64,000 nt of DNA, from contig CAXHJY010001738.1 of the NCBI GenBank assembly GCA_964016885.1, positions 372,001 through 436,000 of the forward strand, given 5' to 3'. A program made the translations under genes and the position numbers. Of this stretch, positions 14,145 through 27,945 are shown in pieces. The stretch's first letter is position 1. Each line of letters begins with the position of its first letter. Under the pieces are notes generated by a model that was not told the DNA's origin, ran no database searches, and worked only from the letters and a program-made list of their open reading frames with translations. The stretch comes from Eledone cirrhosa (Eukaryota).

Positions 14145-14758
14145 GTCAGGTCATCAGTTGGTGCTACTGGTAACATGTATCCCAGTACAACCTGTCTCAT
14201 GGTCGGGTCATTGGCGACTAAACTGGCAACCCCACCAAGGTTTCTTGGTGAGGAGGGTGACTTTGGACATCCTGCAGGACTATAAACAAAACCTGTCAAA
14301 GGGCAAAGGAGCTCTTAAGAGTCAATGGCCATCCAAAATCACCGGGAGAGATGACCCCTTAGCCTTTGTCAAGGCAGAATTCTAGGAGAAGGAAAACTCT
14401 GATATAACACCTGCAACCCTGATGGTATCCAATGATGTTGACTTGTTCTTCTTTTTGGTAAATATCATCTTGGTTAAGAGAGTGGGACTGGCTTTGTGCA
14501 GTGCCTTTGCTCACTATAAAAGCTTCACGGCACAAGCATTGCTTTATATCTGGAGATCTCTCTGCACTTGTCGTCACATGGTACCATGGTACTATGGGCC
14601 CAGCACTATGTGTCAATAATTGTCACAAGTGCAGTGTTTGTACCAGAGTTTTCAAGTCGCTGGCTGGACTAAAAATCACACTCGTTCAGCGCTTCGGTAG
14701 GGGTTCTCCTACATGGATATGAAGTAGTGGCCGTACTCGAAAAGGAGTTGGCAGCCAC

Positions 14759-14760
<2 letters not shown>
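14145..14760 (+). mobile_element. Non-autonomous RTE-like bipartite element (5' UTR-like part plus LINE 3' end with C2H2 remnant)
   Basis: CTAGGAGAAGGAAAACTCTGA motif typical of RTE 5' regions; 3' part encodes [15 protein letters not shown]; three copies in the window. Confidence 0.65.
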
Positions 14761-14789
<29 letters not shown>

Positions 14790-15020
14790 ACTAGAGGTTG
14801 ATTAACATATAACATTTATAATATAGTTATTATAATATGCTCAGATTTATCTTTGAGCTTAAATTCCCAGGATATATGGCGCATGCATTATGACATGACA
14901 CCCATGATTTCGATTTTGATTAAATTCATTTAATTCATTTTATCGTAATTTTGGATTTATATATATATATATATATATATAGTTAAAAGAAGAGAGGTGT
15001 AACACACAAGTTATTATATA

Positions 15021-15375
15021 TTGGTAAACGGAATAGAAAATGCTGACAAATTGTTCACAGTTGAAAAATGGTTTAATTAGGAATAAAAGTGTATTAGTGA
15101 TTGTATGGGTTAGTATTCAGTTGTGGTTTTAAGTTTTTAAGTTTTTACCGGTTAATTTTGAGATAGAGTGTCCGTGCTGTTTGCTCTGATCAGAGCAAAC
15201 TGCACGGACAAAATTATTTTTGAAAAGCATTTAGAAATGCGCAAGCGGTAAAAACTTAAAAACTTAAAACCACAACTGAATACTAACCCATACAATCACT
15301 AATACTCTTTTATTCCTAATTAAACCATTTTTCAACTGTGAACAATTTGTCAGCATTTTCTATTCCGTTTACCAA
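15021..15375. mobile_element. Palindromic insertion of family E centred on CTCTGATCAGAG (about 15190)
   Basis: Arms are reverse complements, each with its own small deletion. Confidence 0.85.
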
Positions 15376-15581
15376 TATATATATATATATATATTAGGTA
15401 TAGGATTACCCAAGATGTAGTAATGGTTATTTACTACACTGGATATGGTTGACGTACGGTGAGAGGTTACTCTACGAGTTATGGAAGCATTGTTGAAGAA
15501 ACTTAGTTCCTGATCCTTCTGTATTCCGGAGTGTATATAAAGAATGAATAATAACAGGTAGACATCATAAAAAGGTAATTT

Positions 15582-15705
15582 ATTCCGTGTGCTTACAAAT
15601 GTTTCCACGGTGGTACTACAGCCTAGTTATGCTATGTGCAAATTTGCAAGTATTTGCAGAACTCAAATATCCAATGCTGTGACCACTGTATCCTCAGAGC
15701 AGAAT
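15582..15705 (-). ncRNA. Type I hammerhead ribozyme with long stem II
   Basis: Minus strand TGCT-CTGAGGA-TACAGTGGTCACAGC...GCTGTAGTACCACCGTG-GAAA-CATTTG-TA-AGCA. Confidence 0.75.
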
Positions 15706-16179
15706 GGTAAGATGTACAATGTAAATACCCTTAAGTGGGGTTGTTGGGGAAGATAGAGTAGAAAAGGAAGAGAGGAAAGTAGGGGAGAGGGAGAGAGAGA
15801 GAAAGGTATGCAGGGGTTGGAGAAGTAGGAGAGAGTGGTTTGTAGATATCTTAATCAAAATGTTATGGTAGGGGTTTTATTATACTGGTTACTTTTGGAG
15901 AGATGCGTTGATAGTTAAGGTCGGAATTATTTATTGCCCCAGAGGGCAGGTTCATATATGTGGAGAGGGAGGTAGGCCAAAGGCGAAAGTGAGAGAGTGT
16001 AATGGATGTAGAGAGGGGACAGACGAAGTTTATGTGGTGAGTGAACTTTGGGTTTGTAGTAGTAATCTGTGAATTTCACTGAGTTACCATTTATAGTGAT
16101 AAGCAGTGTATTGTCTTGTAGTGTGGGGGAAGAGAGGGTGGTTAGCTAGAAAGCGATGTTATAGTTACGGGTTCGAATG

Positions 16180-18276
16180 TTAAGTTATTTTATAGTGAGA
16201 GAATTTAGCTTTTAGTTTGTGGTTGCAGTATAATGATCGTTCAATTCTATCGTTAAGTAGTTTGTTTTGGGATTTTAATATGTAAAAGAGTTCGAGGTTA
16301 CATAACCTGCAGTACTTCAATCCACTCCGATATGCATTTGCGCTGGAAAGTATATCCCATTTTAAGGTGAACTGTTGGTTGCGTTCACGGAGTTGCCAGG
16401 TCTTGTTGTCGAGCGTGGTCACAAAACGGTGATTAGGATGTATGATTGAGAATCGATGACGGTACCAGCGAGATTTAAACGAGATTTAAACGATATAATA
16501 CCATTTCTGGTCGTTCGATTCAACCGTGCATTGGTAAACAATGTTGGACTTTAGGCATTCATTCTTCAATGGACATCTTTCAGGTAGATGGCAGTTACAT
16601 TCTTTGTTGTGGGTAGCGGGTATACCATGGATAGGTTGTGATAGCGGTACAGGTGGGTTGTGTAATACCCGTCTCCCATTTAGTGGTTGGGAGGCAGATA
16701 TTACGTTCTGCCCATCTGTTACTAAAATGTTTTGTTTTGTAGAGTTGTTTAATTGCCTTAAGTTAAGTTTTTTTATGTATGCTTCAAGGTTTGGTGCCGT
16801 GGAGTATGATAGTCTAATAGTTTTAGAGTTCAGAATTTTGCTGTATTTATGGGAACTAGGGAAATGTTTGTTGATTAACTTAAAGAATGAAAGAGATAGT
16901 TTTGTACTAATCGAGGCATTAAAAATAGGATTGTACCAGATATACTTTCTACAACGTGATTTATTTGGTGGTGATTTTCTATTATTAGTATGTCTGGTAG
17001 TACTGTGTGTGTGCGCTTGTATTTTAGTCCCCCGGTTACGTATTCCTTGATTTCGTGTAGAGCTATGTGTGTTATGGGAATTCTTATCAATGTATTCTAT
17101 TGTATCCCGGTGGTCGGCATTCCTTAATGCATTATTATAGTATTCAGCGTGTTCACTAAAAATATCAGAGTTAGACGATAGGCGAGAGATTCTAAGAGAA
17201 ATGCTCCGGGGAACTGATTTGATCATGGAGAGTGGGTGGTTTGAGTTAAAGTTAATATACGTAAGGTTCTCATTCATCTTGTGGAAGGGTCGTATCTGTT
17301 CGGTATTTAAATTAAGAGTTACGTCCAGAAAGTTTACTACTTTAAGATTGTATTCGTATGCTATTTTTAGACCCAGTTCACTAAAAGATTTTCTAATATT
17401 TTTCCGTAGCCTTTCAAGATTTTGGTTATTCAAGTTATTAACTAATAAGAGCCCGTCATCTCTGTATATCCCCCCCTGTAGATTACTAAATTTACTATGT
17501 AGTATGTGGGCTTTGTAAATTCCCACGAAATCCATGACCTCCGCTGAGTCGTTGGAACCCATGGTAATGTTGAAATTTGTGGGTCTGTCCTTACGTTCCC
17601 AGTAGCAGTTATCAAACTTAATAATGGTTTTTCTAGCCTCGAGAATAATATTAATTTCGTCCTCCGTTAGGTCGGAATTGACCTTAGCAAACGATAGGGC
17701 CTTACGTAAAGTGCTAGGTGAGATGGAAGAGTAGTATTCGTCTATGTCAAATTGTATAAACTTAGATTTATTCTTATTCTTAACATTATTAAACCAGCGA
17801 ATTGCTTCGCTAGTGTTGCCCCATAATTTAATTTAATTTCAATTTTCTTTTTCACTTGAGTTATTACTCTGTCAAGTATATGTTTGCTAATTTTCCCTAT
17901 GTCTGATTTAGAAGGGCATATAAGTCTGATCTTAGGGTTAGAGTCAAAGTTTACCTTATGGTCCTTCAGGTTGAAGGTGGGGGTAGCGGGTATAATCGGC
18001 TCGGTTCTATCGTCTATCTTGAGATTCTTCACCACTTTATATGCCTCGTTGTTAATATTTGCTAGCGTAGTTTCACTTGTTTTTCTATATTTTTTGTGTA
18101 GTTCATTGCGTATGAAGTTATTGTATGTATCGATATCCATGGTATACACGTTAGAGGTCTTGTCAGCTTTCACAACAATTCCATTGGTATTTTGCAATCT
18201 TCAGAGTAGTGCTTTCATGTTGTTCTGCAGCTCATTATTTCTATGTTTGTTGAACTTAATGTTCATGGTCGTTTTC
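16180..18276 (-). pseudogene. PLE reverse transcriptase + GIY-YIG endonuclease, frameshifted
   Basis: KADKTSNVY, KDHK...IRLICPSKSDIGKISK, MGSNDSAEV, GIYRDDGL, VNFLDVTLNL, WYNP, CHLPERCPLKNECLKSNIVYQCTV...YYI, CRLCNLEL. Confidence 0.93.
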
Positions 18277-18367
18277 AGCATAACTAGGCTGTAGTACCAC
18301 CGTGGAAACATTTGTAAGCACACGGAATAAATTACCTTTTTATGATGTCTACCTGTTATTATTCATT

Positions 18368-18408
<41 letters not shown>

Positions 18409-18455
18409 GAGTAAGTGGGTAACCTAAGTTGAAAGCTAAGTTACGTCGGTTCGAT

Positions 18456-18660
18456 TCACGGAGGCTTAAATCTTGCGAATTTAGTGGCGATCCTGTGTCT
18501 GCAGAAGATTGATCTTTCTAACTTGTTATTGAGTAGCCTTTTTACATTTCTAAGGATATATAGTAATTCTAGATCACAAAGCCTACAGTTTGACATACCG
18601 GTACTGTAGGTCTTTGCGGCCGACATCCTCGACCAGTTGATACTGTAGTTGGTGTTATTG
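18456..18660 (-). pseudogene. PLE GIY-YIG C-terminal fragment
   Basis: YSINWS...CRLCDLELLYIL...LLNNKLERSIFCRH, homologous to 16180-16422. Confidence 0.85.
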
Positions 18661-18757
18661 TCAGCTAATGAACCTAAATCAAAGAACATTTCAAAATACT
18701 ACTACAGCAGAACTTTACCTTCCTCCTGGTATAATTGTAGTGAGCATGTTTTCTCTT

Positions 18758-18864
<107 letters not shown>

Positions 18865-19328
18865 TGCCTCCTTAACCTCTGTATTAACTTGCCTATTATA
18901 TCGATACTCTGTTAATGTTGTCTTATACATGTATGTTATTGATGATGAGAAAGCTAGACAACCCTTTCATATCATCTAATATACACCATACAAATATTAC
19001 TATCCTCACTACAGTGATAAATTCTTCATCTGTCAGATAATAAATTATTCTTACGGCCACCAGACCTACATTGTTTAAAGCCACCGGCTTATCTTTACAC
19101 TATATATAATTCACCCCATGACAGCTTTTACATGTCAATTTTATACATCTGCCTCATGTCAGCTAGTTTTACACGCTAAAATCGTGGATATACTATACTT
19201 CCCACCTAGATTGATGTTGTGATTATTTCAAATAATTTATTGCTAGCATTGTTAGTATTGTTGTTATTGTTCTGATTGAATGCCATTACTACTATATATA
19301 GTAGCCATGCCTGTATATTCCTTTCATT

Positions 19329-19449
19329 CTCACAAGCTTTGATGAACTGACTGGTTATAACTTTGTATTGGTGATCGAATGACGTGAAAATAAGCGGGTA
19401 GCGATCTCTAGACCTACGAGTTCAGAGAAACAATTGTCAGCAATGAGAG
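19329..19449 (+). ncRNA. Type I hammerhead ribozyme with long stem II, at the end of a probable PLE 3' UTR
   Basis: CTCACAAGCT-TTGATGA-ACTGA...TTCAGA-GAAA-CAATTG-TC-AGCAATGAG; palindromic stem III; GUC site. Confidence 0.7.
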
Positions 19450-19494
19450 TAAAAACCTTTTTTGTATAGCAAACCGTGTCACTCTTCTTTCCTG

Positions 19495-19556
<62 letters not shown>

Positions 19557-19687
19557 GTATATATATATATATGTATATATATGTATATATATATGTATAT
19601 ATATATATATATGTATATATATATGTATATATATATGTATATATTTATATGTATATATATGTATATGTATATATATGTATATATATG

Positions 19688-19742
<55 letters not shown>

Positions 19743-19830
19743 GTATATGTATATATATATATATGTATATATATATATGTATATATATATATGTATATAT
19801 ATATATGTATATATATGTATATATATATAC

Positions 19831-19907
<77 letters not shown>

Positions 19908-19937
19908 GATACATATATATATACATATATATATATA

Positions 19938-20251
<314 letters not shown>

Positions 20252-20935
20252 CAGTAATCAAAGTTCAGTTTAAGTCATTTATTTGCTTACAATTGTTTCC
20301 TCCAAACCGAGGTTTGGATTCTTCGGAGCAGCTATTTATAACATACTTGACCTCCTTTTCAACCCAAGAGACACATAAAACATATGCGCATATTGATCAA
20401 CAGTGGGGTGACATTCATCAAATGAAATAGCATGGCAGTTTACATATAAAGGTTACAGGATAAAAATAAAATAAAATAAAAGCAAGAGTGAAAATAAGAG
20501 TGAAAATAAAGATAAACATGAAGCGTTGGCAGTCTATGAAGATAAAGCAAGAGGAAAGCTTAGAGTAGTCAGTGCATGAAGCAATCTCCCGTGTAGCATG
20601 CACGCTTGTCTTATCTATACATGATTAGAGTGCGTCAGAATGATATTTGCAGGGTCAGGCAGTTGAAGCAGGCAATCGATCTTATTATATAGGCTGAATT
20701 ATATAGGCTGAATTATTAAGTCATATATATATATATATCGAATGTGGAAAAGTAACACACGAGTTGATATATATAAAAACAAGTAGGAAAAAGGAAAAAG
20801 ATTTTTTCAGTAGAAAATGGTGAAGAAATTTTTTCAGTGAAATATCAAAACATTACAATACCGGTTTCAGTATTATATGTCAATTGCGGATATACAGAAT
20901 ATTGTTAAGCTGCATATTTGTACAAATAGTGATAA

Positions 20936-21125
20936 TAATTGTTTCTACTTTTGGCACAAGCCCAGCAATTACTCAGTGTATTACTGGTACTTTATTTTAT
21001 CGACCCCGTAAGGATGAAAGGCAAAGTTAACCTCGGCGGGATTTGAACTCAGACCATAAAGGGACGTAACTCTTTACTGCAAAGCATGGCATCAGACCCT
21101 CTACTGGTACTGCCAATCTACCGCC
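20936..21125 (-). mobile_element. tRNA-derived SINE inside a duplicated block
   Basis: Same family and same flanks as 11680-11884. Confidence 0.85.
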
Positions 21126-21244
21126 CTGATAATAGTAATAATAATAATAAAAATAAAATGGGGAAGAAAAATTAATTTTCACTCAAAGAAGGGAGTTCAT
21201 TTCTCTGTCCATCCTACTCTGCTTATAGACTATAAGCAGAGTAG

Positions 21245-21305
<61 letters not shown>

Positions 21306-21420
21306 AATGAAATAAATGAAATGATATATATATATATATAATATATATATATACGTATGTATATATATATATAATATATATATACGCATGTATATATATA
21401 TATACATATATATATATACG

Positions 21421-21469
<49 letters not shown>

Positions 21470-21470
21470 G

Positions 21471-21519
<49 letters not shown>

Positions 21520-21520
21520 G

Positions 21521-21581
<61 letters not shown>

Positions 21582-21724
21582 GTATGTATATATATATATA
21601 TATATACGTATGTATATATATATATATATATATACGTATGTATATATATATATATATATATACGTATGTATATATATATATATATATATATATACGTATG
21701 TATATATATATATATATATATACG

Positions 21725-21766
<42 letters not shown>

Positions 21767-22051
21767 CATATATATATATACGTATGTATATATGTATATA
21801 TACTAGTGGGATGAGGTGAGAGAGGGGGAGGGTGAGGAATAGAATGTTGTACCCTAAAAGGTTATGACACGAAACTGTTTTCACCTTAAAACTGGACTTC
21901 CTTTCCCATTTCAGATATAATGATAGCAGTGAAATACACACTGACATTTCACTACAGATTAACACACACACATTACTAAACACTGGCTATCACTTACACA
22001 CACACACTCACATACACACACACACACACATATTCGTGTGTGTATATATAT

Positions 22052-22087
<36 letters not shown>

Positions 22088-22126
22088 GAAATAAGATTTC
22101 GCTTCAAGCATAGCTTTATACAAATA

Positions 22127-22591
22127 TGTATAGAAATTTCGTATTTCTAAAGAAACACGCTTTTAGGAAGCCGTAGCTATGCAAATACCGGGGCTAACGC
22201 CCTCTGGTGGTGTCCAGCAGAAGCAAGGGGGACAATCGTCTATGCATTTCCGGCTTGACTGGCCTTTTTCAGGACGGTCCCTACCACCGCTTGCGACTGC
22301 TGGACTTGAAATCAGTTATAAGTTGAGCCAACTTATGCAGCTTCATATGCAAATGAGATTAATCACCTCATTTACACAGACGAGAAAACTATATATTCTC
22401 GCCTGTTTTCAAGTCCAGCAGTCGCAAGCGGTGGCAGGGACCGTCCTGAAAAAGGCCAGTCAAGCCTGAATTGCATAGACGGTTGTCCCCCTTGCTTCTG
22501 CTGGACACCACCAGAGGGCGTTAGCCCCGGTGTTTACATAGCTACGGCTTTCTAAAACCGTGTTTCTTTAGAAATACGAAATTTCTGTACA
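22127..22591. mobile_element. Fold-back/MITE-like element with about 185-bp inverted arms
   Basis: 22127-22310 is the reverse complement of 22407-22591 with scattered mismatches; TA context. Confidence 0.8.
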
Positions 22592-22604
22592 TACATATAT
22601 ATAT

Positions 22605-22893
22605 AACTAGACCTGAAAAATGCGCAAGCCCAAAAGAGCCACAGAATGTTATAATAAACCTTCAAAAGTGTGGGACTAGAGTTGTTGCTCAAAAATATTG
22701 TAATCATTATCTATCGTACACTCTGTGGCATCCTTTTATAACAAAGAGACTCATAACGAACTCAAGACGACAATTATTAGACGATAATTATTTAAGCTAA
22801 TGTTCAATATCTCATATTAGATGTTTAGTAATGATTAATACGAAATGCACATTCTGTGGCTCTTTTGAGCTTGCGCATTTTTCAGCTCTAGTT
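22605..22893. mobile_element. MITE-like element with about 45-bp terminal inverted repeats
   Basis: AACTAGACCTGAAAAATGCGCAAGCCCAAAAGAGCCACAGAATGT vs ACATTCTGTGGCTCTTTTGAGCTTGCGCATTTTTCAGCTCTAGTT. Confidence 0.75.
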
Positions 22894-23613
22894 TAATATT
22901 TGTTTAAGGCAACGCTTGTAATAACTCTAGTTAAACATGATATATATTAATAATAAATTATCGTTGTAATGTAATTAGATTATATAATTGTTATTTTATA
23001 AATGATCTTATAAATATTATTGTAAGATGTATAAAAATATTTTCAGACTTTTAATATAAACAACTACAAAAAAACAATCAATATTAAATAAATATATTTT
23101 ACATAATAATTGTTATAGTTGAATTAATAAAAATTAAATATTACATACAAATAGTCTAACATAATAATTAAAAAAATAATCTAACATAATAATAATAAAA
23201 TAATCTAACATAAATCGAACAATAATATGGACAAATATGATACAACCAATATTATAAGCATGTTATAACGAACTGAAAAAAAAATAGTTAATATAAATTT
23301 AAAAAATCATATATAAATTAACAATATAACTTACCAAAACGAGAAAAATATTTTGATGATAAGCGACGAAATACAGGAGGAAGATTCGAAAGCCAAACGA
23401 TAAATAAACGTGCAAACAAAGTGGCAGATACTTTTGAGCAACAATTACTCTCGTTGGTTGATTAGCCAATAAGACGATGAAATTAGCCAAAACATTTTGG
23501 CAGGGATCACCACGGCCAGCGACACCTCTTAAATGTTTAATTCACAAGCTACGCATATATGTCAGACACGCAGACTTAAAACATTCTGTTGTTAGTCACT
23601 GCGTGTCTAACAG

Positions 23614-23842
23614 ATAGAATAAAACGAGTAGTTTCGTTTACATATGAAAAATATTTATTGCGTATCGACCTGTTACGCGCGTTTCGCAGAGGATTGGTTC
23701 AATGTGACCCATAGGAGTTATGGACCCGACTCCATAACTCCTATGGGTCACCTTGAGCCAATCATCTGTTAAACACGCGCAACAGGTCGATACGCAATAA
23801 ATATGTTTCATATGTAAACGAAATTTACTCGTTTTTTTCTAT
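23614..23842. mobile_element. Imperfect palindromic MITE-like element centred near 23726
   Basis: About 105-bp arms (GTGACCCATAGGAGTTATGGA / TCCATAACTCCTATGGGTCAC). Confidence 0.75.
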
Positions 23843-23887
23843 ACACTCTGCCTGTGCATAGAGTGCTTGATTTGGTACCAACCCCAG

Positions 23888-23921
<34 letters not shown>

Positions 23922-24065
23922 AGTAAAATACCTTATAACGAATACCATTATAAGGAATTTTTCAGTATTACGAAATTTGTTTCAATCCCCGAGTTAAACA
24001 AACAAACGCTTATTTTTATTTCGGTGGATCTTCGGTACAACGAATTTTTATACCCCGTGAATTTC

Positions 24066-24122
<57 letters not shown>

Positions 24123-24363
24123 TCATTTCTAACATTAACAGATACGGCCTTGCCAGAGACACGTGTTTCATTGTTTGTTAAATCATCTCTCTGGCCATTT
24201 TGGATTCGTTCTTTATATTCTCTTTTATAGAAGAGTTCTAAACTATGGCGTAATAATTGGGGGGTAGGGAGAGAGTGTAGGGAGGGGGGAATATTTCGTC
24301 TGGGTCAGCTTGTATAAAAGATCGGATGAAAGGAGCCTAGGGAGTTAGAAGAAAGATAAAAAG

Positions 24364-24650
24364 TCTAAAGTCTGTCCCAAGCCCGAAGGTTCTTGAGGCA
24401 GGTACTTGTCCTAGTTTCCATGGTGTTCAGCAACTGAGAGTACAAGACTTCCCACTGGACAGGACGCCAGTCCATCACAGGGTTAAACCCCCAGCTATTA
24501 CTGGTATTTATTTTCAGCTGTGTATACTGGAGCAATATGGAATGAAGTGTTTTGCTCAAGAACATAACTCACAACTCAAACCAGGAATCGAACCCACGAC
24601 ATTATGATCGTAAGTCCAACACTCTTACCACTAGGCCACGTGCCTCCACT
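24364..24650 (-). mobile_element. tRNA-derived SINE, second family
   Basis: Minus strand: A box TGGCCTAGTGG, B box GGTTCGATTCC, then TTGAGCAAAACACTT and CCCTGTGATGGACTGGCGTCCTGTCCAG conserved-domain-like motifs. Confidence 0.85.
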
Positions 24651-24913
24651 GGTTGGTCAAGGAAGAAAGTCATTTCAAATAAAAGTTGTTTTGGATGCTA
24701 AGACAACTATGTAAGTTTAGAACTAATACAGGGAGAGTTGTATACGAAGGAGGGGGGGGGTGTATTTGCATTTTATGCAAATGAGCATTTCCAGCCGATG
24801 TTTTATATCCCCAAACCAGATTTTTTTCTCAGTAGCGATTGAGTAAAGGTTACTAATGACGGATAAAACCCCTATGGTGAACTACGTTGTTATAATGCCA
24901 CTTTCAATATATT

Positions 24914-24944
<31 letters not shown>

Positions 24945-25172
24945 TTATATATAAATTAAGCGGTTGACTAAAAAAACATCGGGAAAGCTTGGAATTTGTA
25001 TTTCCTTCAGTCAACACAACTCTCAGTTAATTCAATTGACTTGACCACCCCAACAGTCTTTTGTAAAGCTACAGCTAAGCCATTCTAATATTAAAAGTCA
25101 AAACATGTTCTAGGTAAACATGTTCCACAATGCTCCCACTCACGGCAGAAGTGATTAGAGCCAGGAGAACAT

Positions 25173-25740
25173 AGGCAGTATCGGTAGAACGGCGGACATG
25201 CTTTGTGGCATAGAGTTACGGCCCTTAACGTTCTGAGTTCAAATCCTGCTGAGGTTAGCTTTGCCTTTAATCCTTACGGAGATCGATAAGAACAAAGTAC
25301 CAGTAATACACTAAGGTTGACTTTCCCCTCCCTAAAAATGGTTGGCCTTGTGCTTAAATCAGAAACAAACAAATGTATATTATTGGCAGTATCGGTAGAG
25401 GGTCGGACGCCATGCTTTGCAGCATAGAGTTACGGCCCTTTGCGATATGAGTTCAAATCCTGCCGAGCATATCCTTATGGCGTCGATAAAATAAAGTACC
25501 AGTAATGTACTGGAATAATTGCTGGCCTTGTGCCAAAAGTAGAAACAATTATATATATTGGTGGATTGGCAGTATCGGTAGAGGGTCGGACGCCAAGCAT
25601 AGAGTTACGGCCCTTGCCATTCTGTGTTCAAATCCCGCCGAGGTTAACTTTGCCTTTCATCCTTACGGGGTCGATTAAATAAAGTACCAGTAATACACTG
25701 GAATAATTGCTGGCCTTGTGCCAAAAGTAGAAACAATTAT
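25173..25740 (+). mobile_element. Three head-to-tail tRNA-derived SINE copies (about 25173, 25384, 25559)
   Basis: Repeated GGCAGTATCGGTAGA...GTTCAAATCC...AAGTACCAGTAAT...GGCCTTGTGC. Confidence 0.85.
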
Positions 25741-25913
25741 ATATATTGGTGCATTAAAGTCTAGAAAGGGAAGTAACTCACATAGGGGGCGCAACCCTTC
25801 AAAGGAAATTGGAATTAGGTACCATCTTTGTGATGTTTTATTGTTTGGAGGTATAAGTAGAAATAGGCATTTCGAGCATACAAAAAGAGGAATCAATAAT
25901 CTGGATACCTAAA

Positions 25914-27030
25914 TGTGGAATGTTACGCGATGAGGCTCCCCACAGACCCGGTGGACAGGATGGAGAAGGCGTTCCCACGGAGGACGGCAAGGGAGACGCG
26001 CTGGAAAAGCCACTCCAACTCGCGGGGTTCACACCTGCGACTGGTCAGCTCAGCGCCTATGGTGGTGAGTAGAGAGGTAGCCCTAGGGCCGAGGACACCA
26101 GAAGTCCCCACTGCCAGGGGTACAACAGCCCGACATGCAGCAGAACCTGGGTTAGTCGCAGACTGCACCAGGTTGCGGCTGCAGAAAGTGTCGGTGCAAG
26201 TAGCATCCAAGACAATGGGTTTGCCACCACGGGACGAGAAGATGGTCATGCCATCTGGCCTTTTGCCGCCCCCTCAGTCCAGCCCCACCGGTTCGAGCTG
26301 GGAAAGGAAGCCCGCAGCGTCCAAGCCATGCTTTATGACCTCGTTGAGAGCAGCATGACGTGGAATGCGGCCGGCACTGTGGCGACAGGAAAGCGGGTGG
26401 AGGCCGAAAGAGTCCACGGTGGATCCGCAGCGACATTGGTGTGGCTGGCAGATCCGGAGGCCGAGCCTCAAAGAAACGCCGATGCGTAGGCTATTGTTGT
26501 CTAGCTGCGTGCCAGTGGTGAAGGAGGGCAGGGAATGGAGCCAGGCACCACTGTGGGGTTTGAAGGCCGCACTAAAGCAGGCAAGGCGGTGCTGGTCGAG
26601 CTGGCTCGTGAGCCTGTCTGAGGCCAGTCTGCACTGGATGGCATCCCAAGTGCTTTGGGGGGACTTGACGTCAACAGAGGGAGAAGGAGGAGGGACGTCT
26701 ACAGGGCTAAGTCCAACGTTTCACAGGCGGTCTCACGTTCTCTGAACACAGAGGGTTCTATTGTTTTGAAGAACTCTGCTGACGAGGACGCGGCACGAGG
26801 TTACCGATGAAAGATACGCCGGCAAATCCAGCGAGATCGGGGACCGGAGGCCAAGGCCGCCATACCTGACCGGTAAAGTGGCCTGTTGCCATCCAATGTC
26901 GTCAAATTTGACATTGCATATCTCCTCGGCTGCTGCTCGGATACAAGTATCGAGGTCAGCGAGGAGAGATGTGTGGGTGTAGCACGGAGCGCTGCAAAGG
27001 GTACTAAACACGAGTTGAGGGGTCAGTGTT
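25914..27030 (-). pseudogene. 3' fragment of a CRE-like non-LTR retrotransposon (RT thumb, Cys/His knuckle, restriction-like endonuclease)
   Basis: QATLPVRYGGLGLRS; CRCG...HPLSC...RHAALNEVI; RPDG; LDATCTDT; LFQRVSLAVLRGNA; disrupted frames. Confidence 0.85.
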
Positions 27031-27071
27031 AGATGTCCTAGCGGTCTACTGTGTCAACAGCCAAGAGACTA

Positions 27072-27705
27072 ATGCTTTCTGATTTAAGCACAAGGCCAAC
27101 AATTTAGAGGAGGAGTCGATTAAATCGACCCCAGTGCGTTACTGGTACTTTATTTTATCGGCCTCATAGCTAAATTTTGCATGATTTGTACTCAGATGGT
27201 AAAGAGACGTAACTATATGCCAAACCCAAGTTAATAATTGTTTCTACTTTCTGCACAAGGCCAGCAATTATCCCAGTGTATTACTGGTACTTTATTTTAT
27301 CGACCCCGTAAGGATGAAAGGCAAAATTAACCTCGGCGGAATTTGAACTCAGACCATAAAGGGACGTAACTCTTTGCTGCAAAGCATGGCGTCCGACCCT
27401 CTACCGATACTGCCAATTCACCGCCCAATGAGAGTTTATAACAAGACATGATCAATGGCATTTCTTGGGCATTTTTAAACCTGGTGGAGCCCATCTCAGA
27501 TCCTGATCTGAATACTGCAAATTTCTTCCAGAGAAGAGAAAGTAAGAGAGAGGAAACATCAAGTATTTCACTGCTACTTTTTTATTGACAACGAATTGAT
27601 GAAAGGCAAAGTTGACCTTGGCACGATTTGAACTGAGAGGGCGGAGAGACGGGAGAAATACCACAAGGTATTCTATCTGACCTAACGACTGTCAATGTGC
27701 CACCT
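27072..27705 (-). mobile_element. Cluster of three tRNA-derived SINE copies
   Basis: Reverse complements of the family at 25173-25740; 27234-27426 is the best preserved. Confidence 0.8.
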
Positions 27706-27945
27706 TGATAGTTATTCACCCTGCTAGAAATACCTGTTGAAGTCATACCTTCCTCTCTTTAAAAAGTGGAATGAGAGGAGGTTTTGCATAATGTAGTCCT
27801 CAAACGCACTATGTCTAACAATAAGACATGATGGTCAGTTATGGACCACATTTGACCATAGGTCTGACCAGAAAGGACATCCCTGGAAACCAACAACTCC
27901 AGATAATATCCATGGAAACACTGTATTTATGTTTGAAGTGGAAAA

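Larger units (their letters stand above)
15395..18375 (-). mobile_element. 5'-truncated PLE with inverted partial pLTR at 18277-18375
   Basis: RT and GIY-YIG ORF fragments, 3' UTR with HHR; 15535-15633 is inverted at 18277-18375; TA flanks. Confidence 0.92.

Noticed and set aside
24590-24650. tRNA gene
   Set aside because: A and B boxes continue into a SINE body; no complete cloverleaf. The same applies to the other SINE heads.
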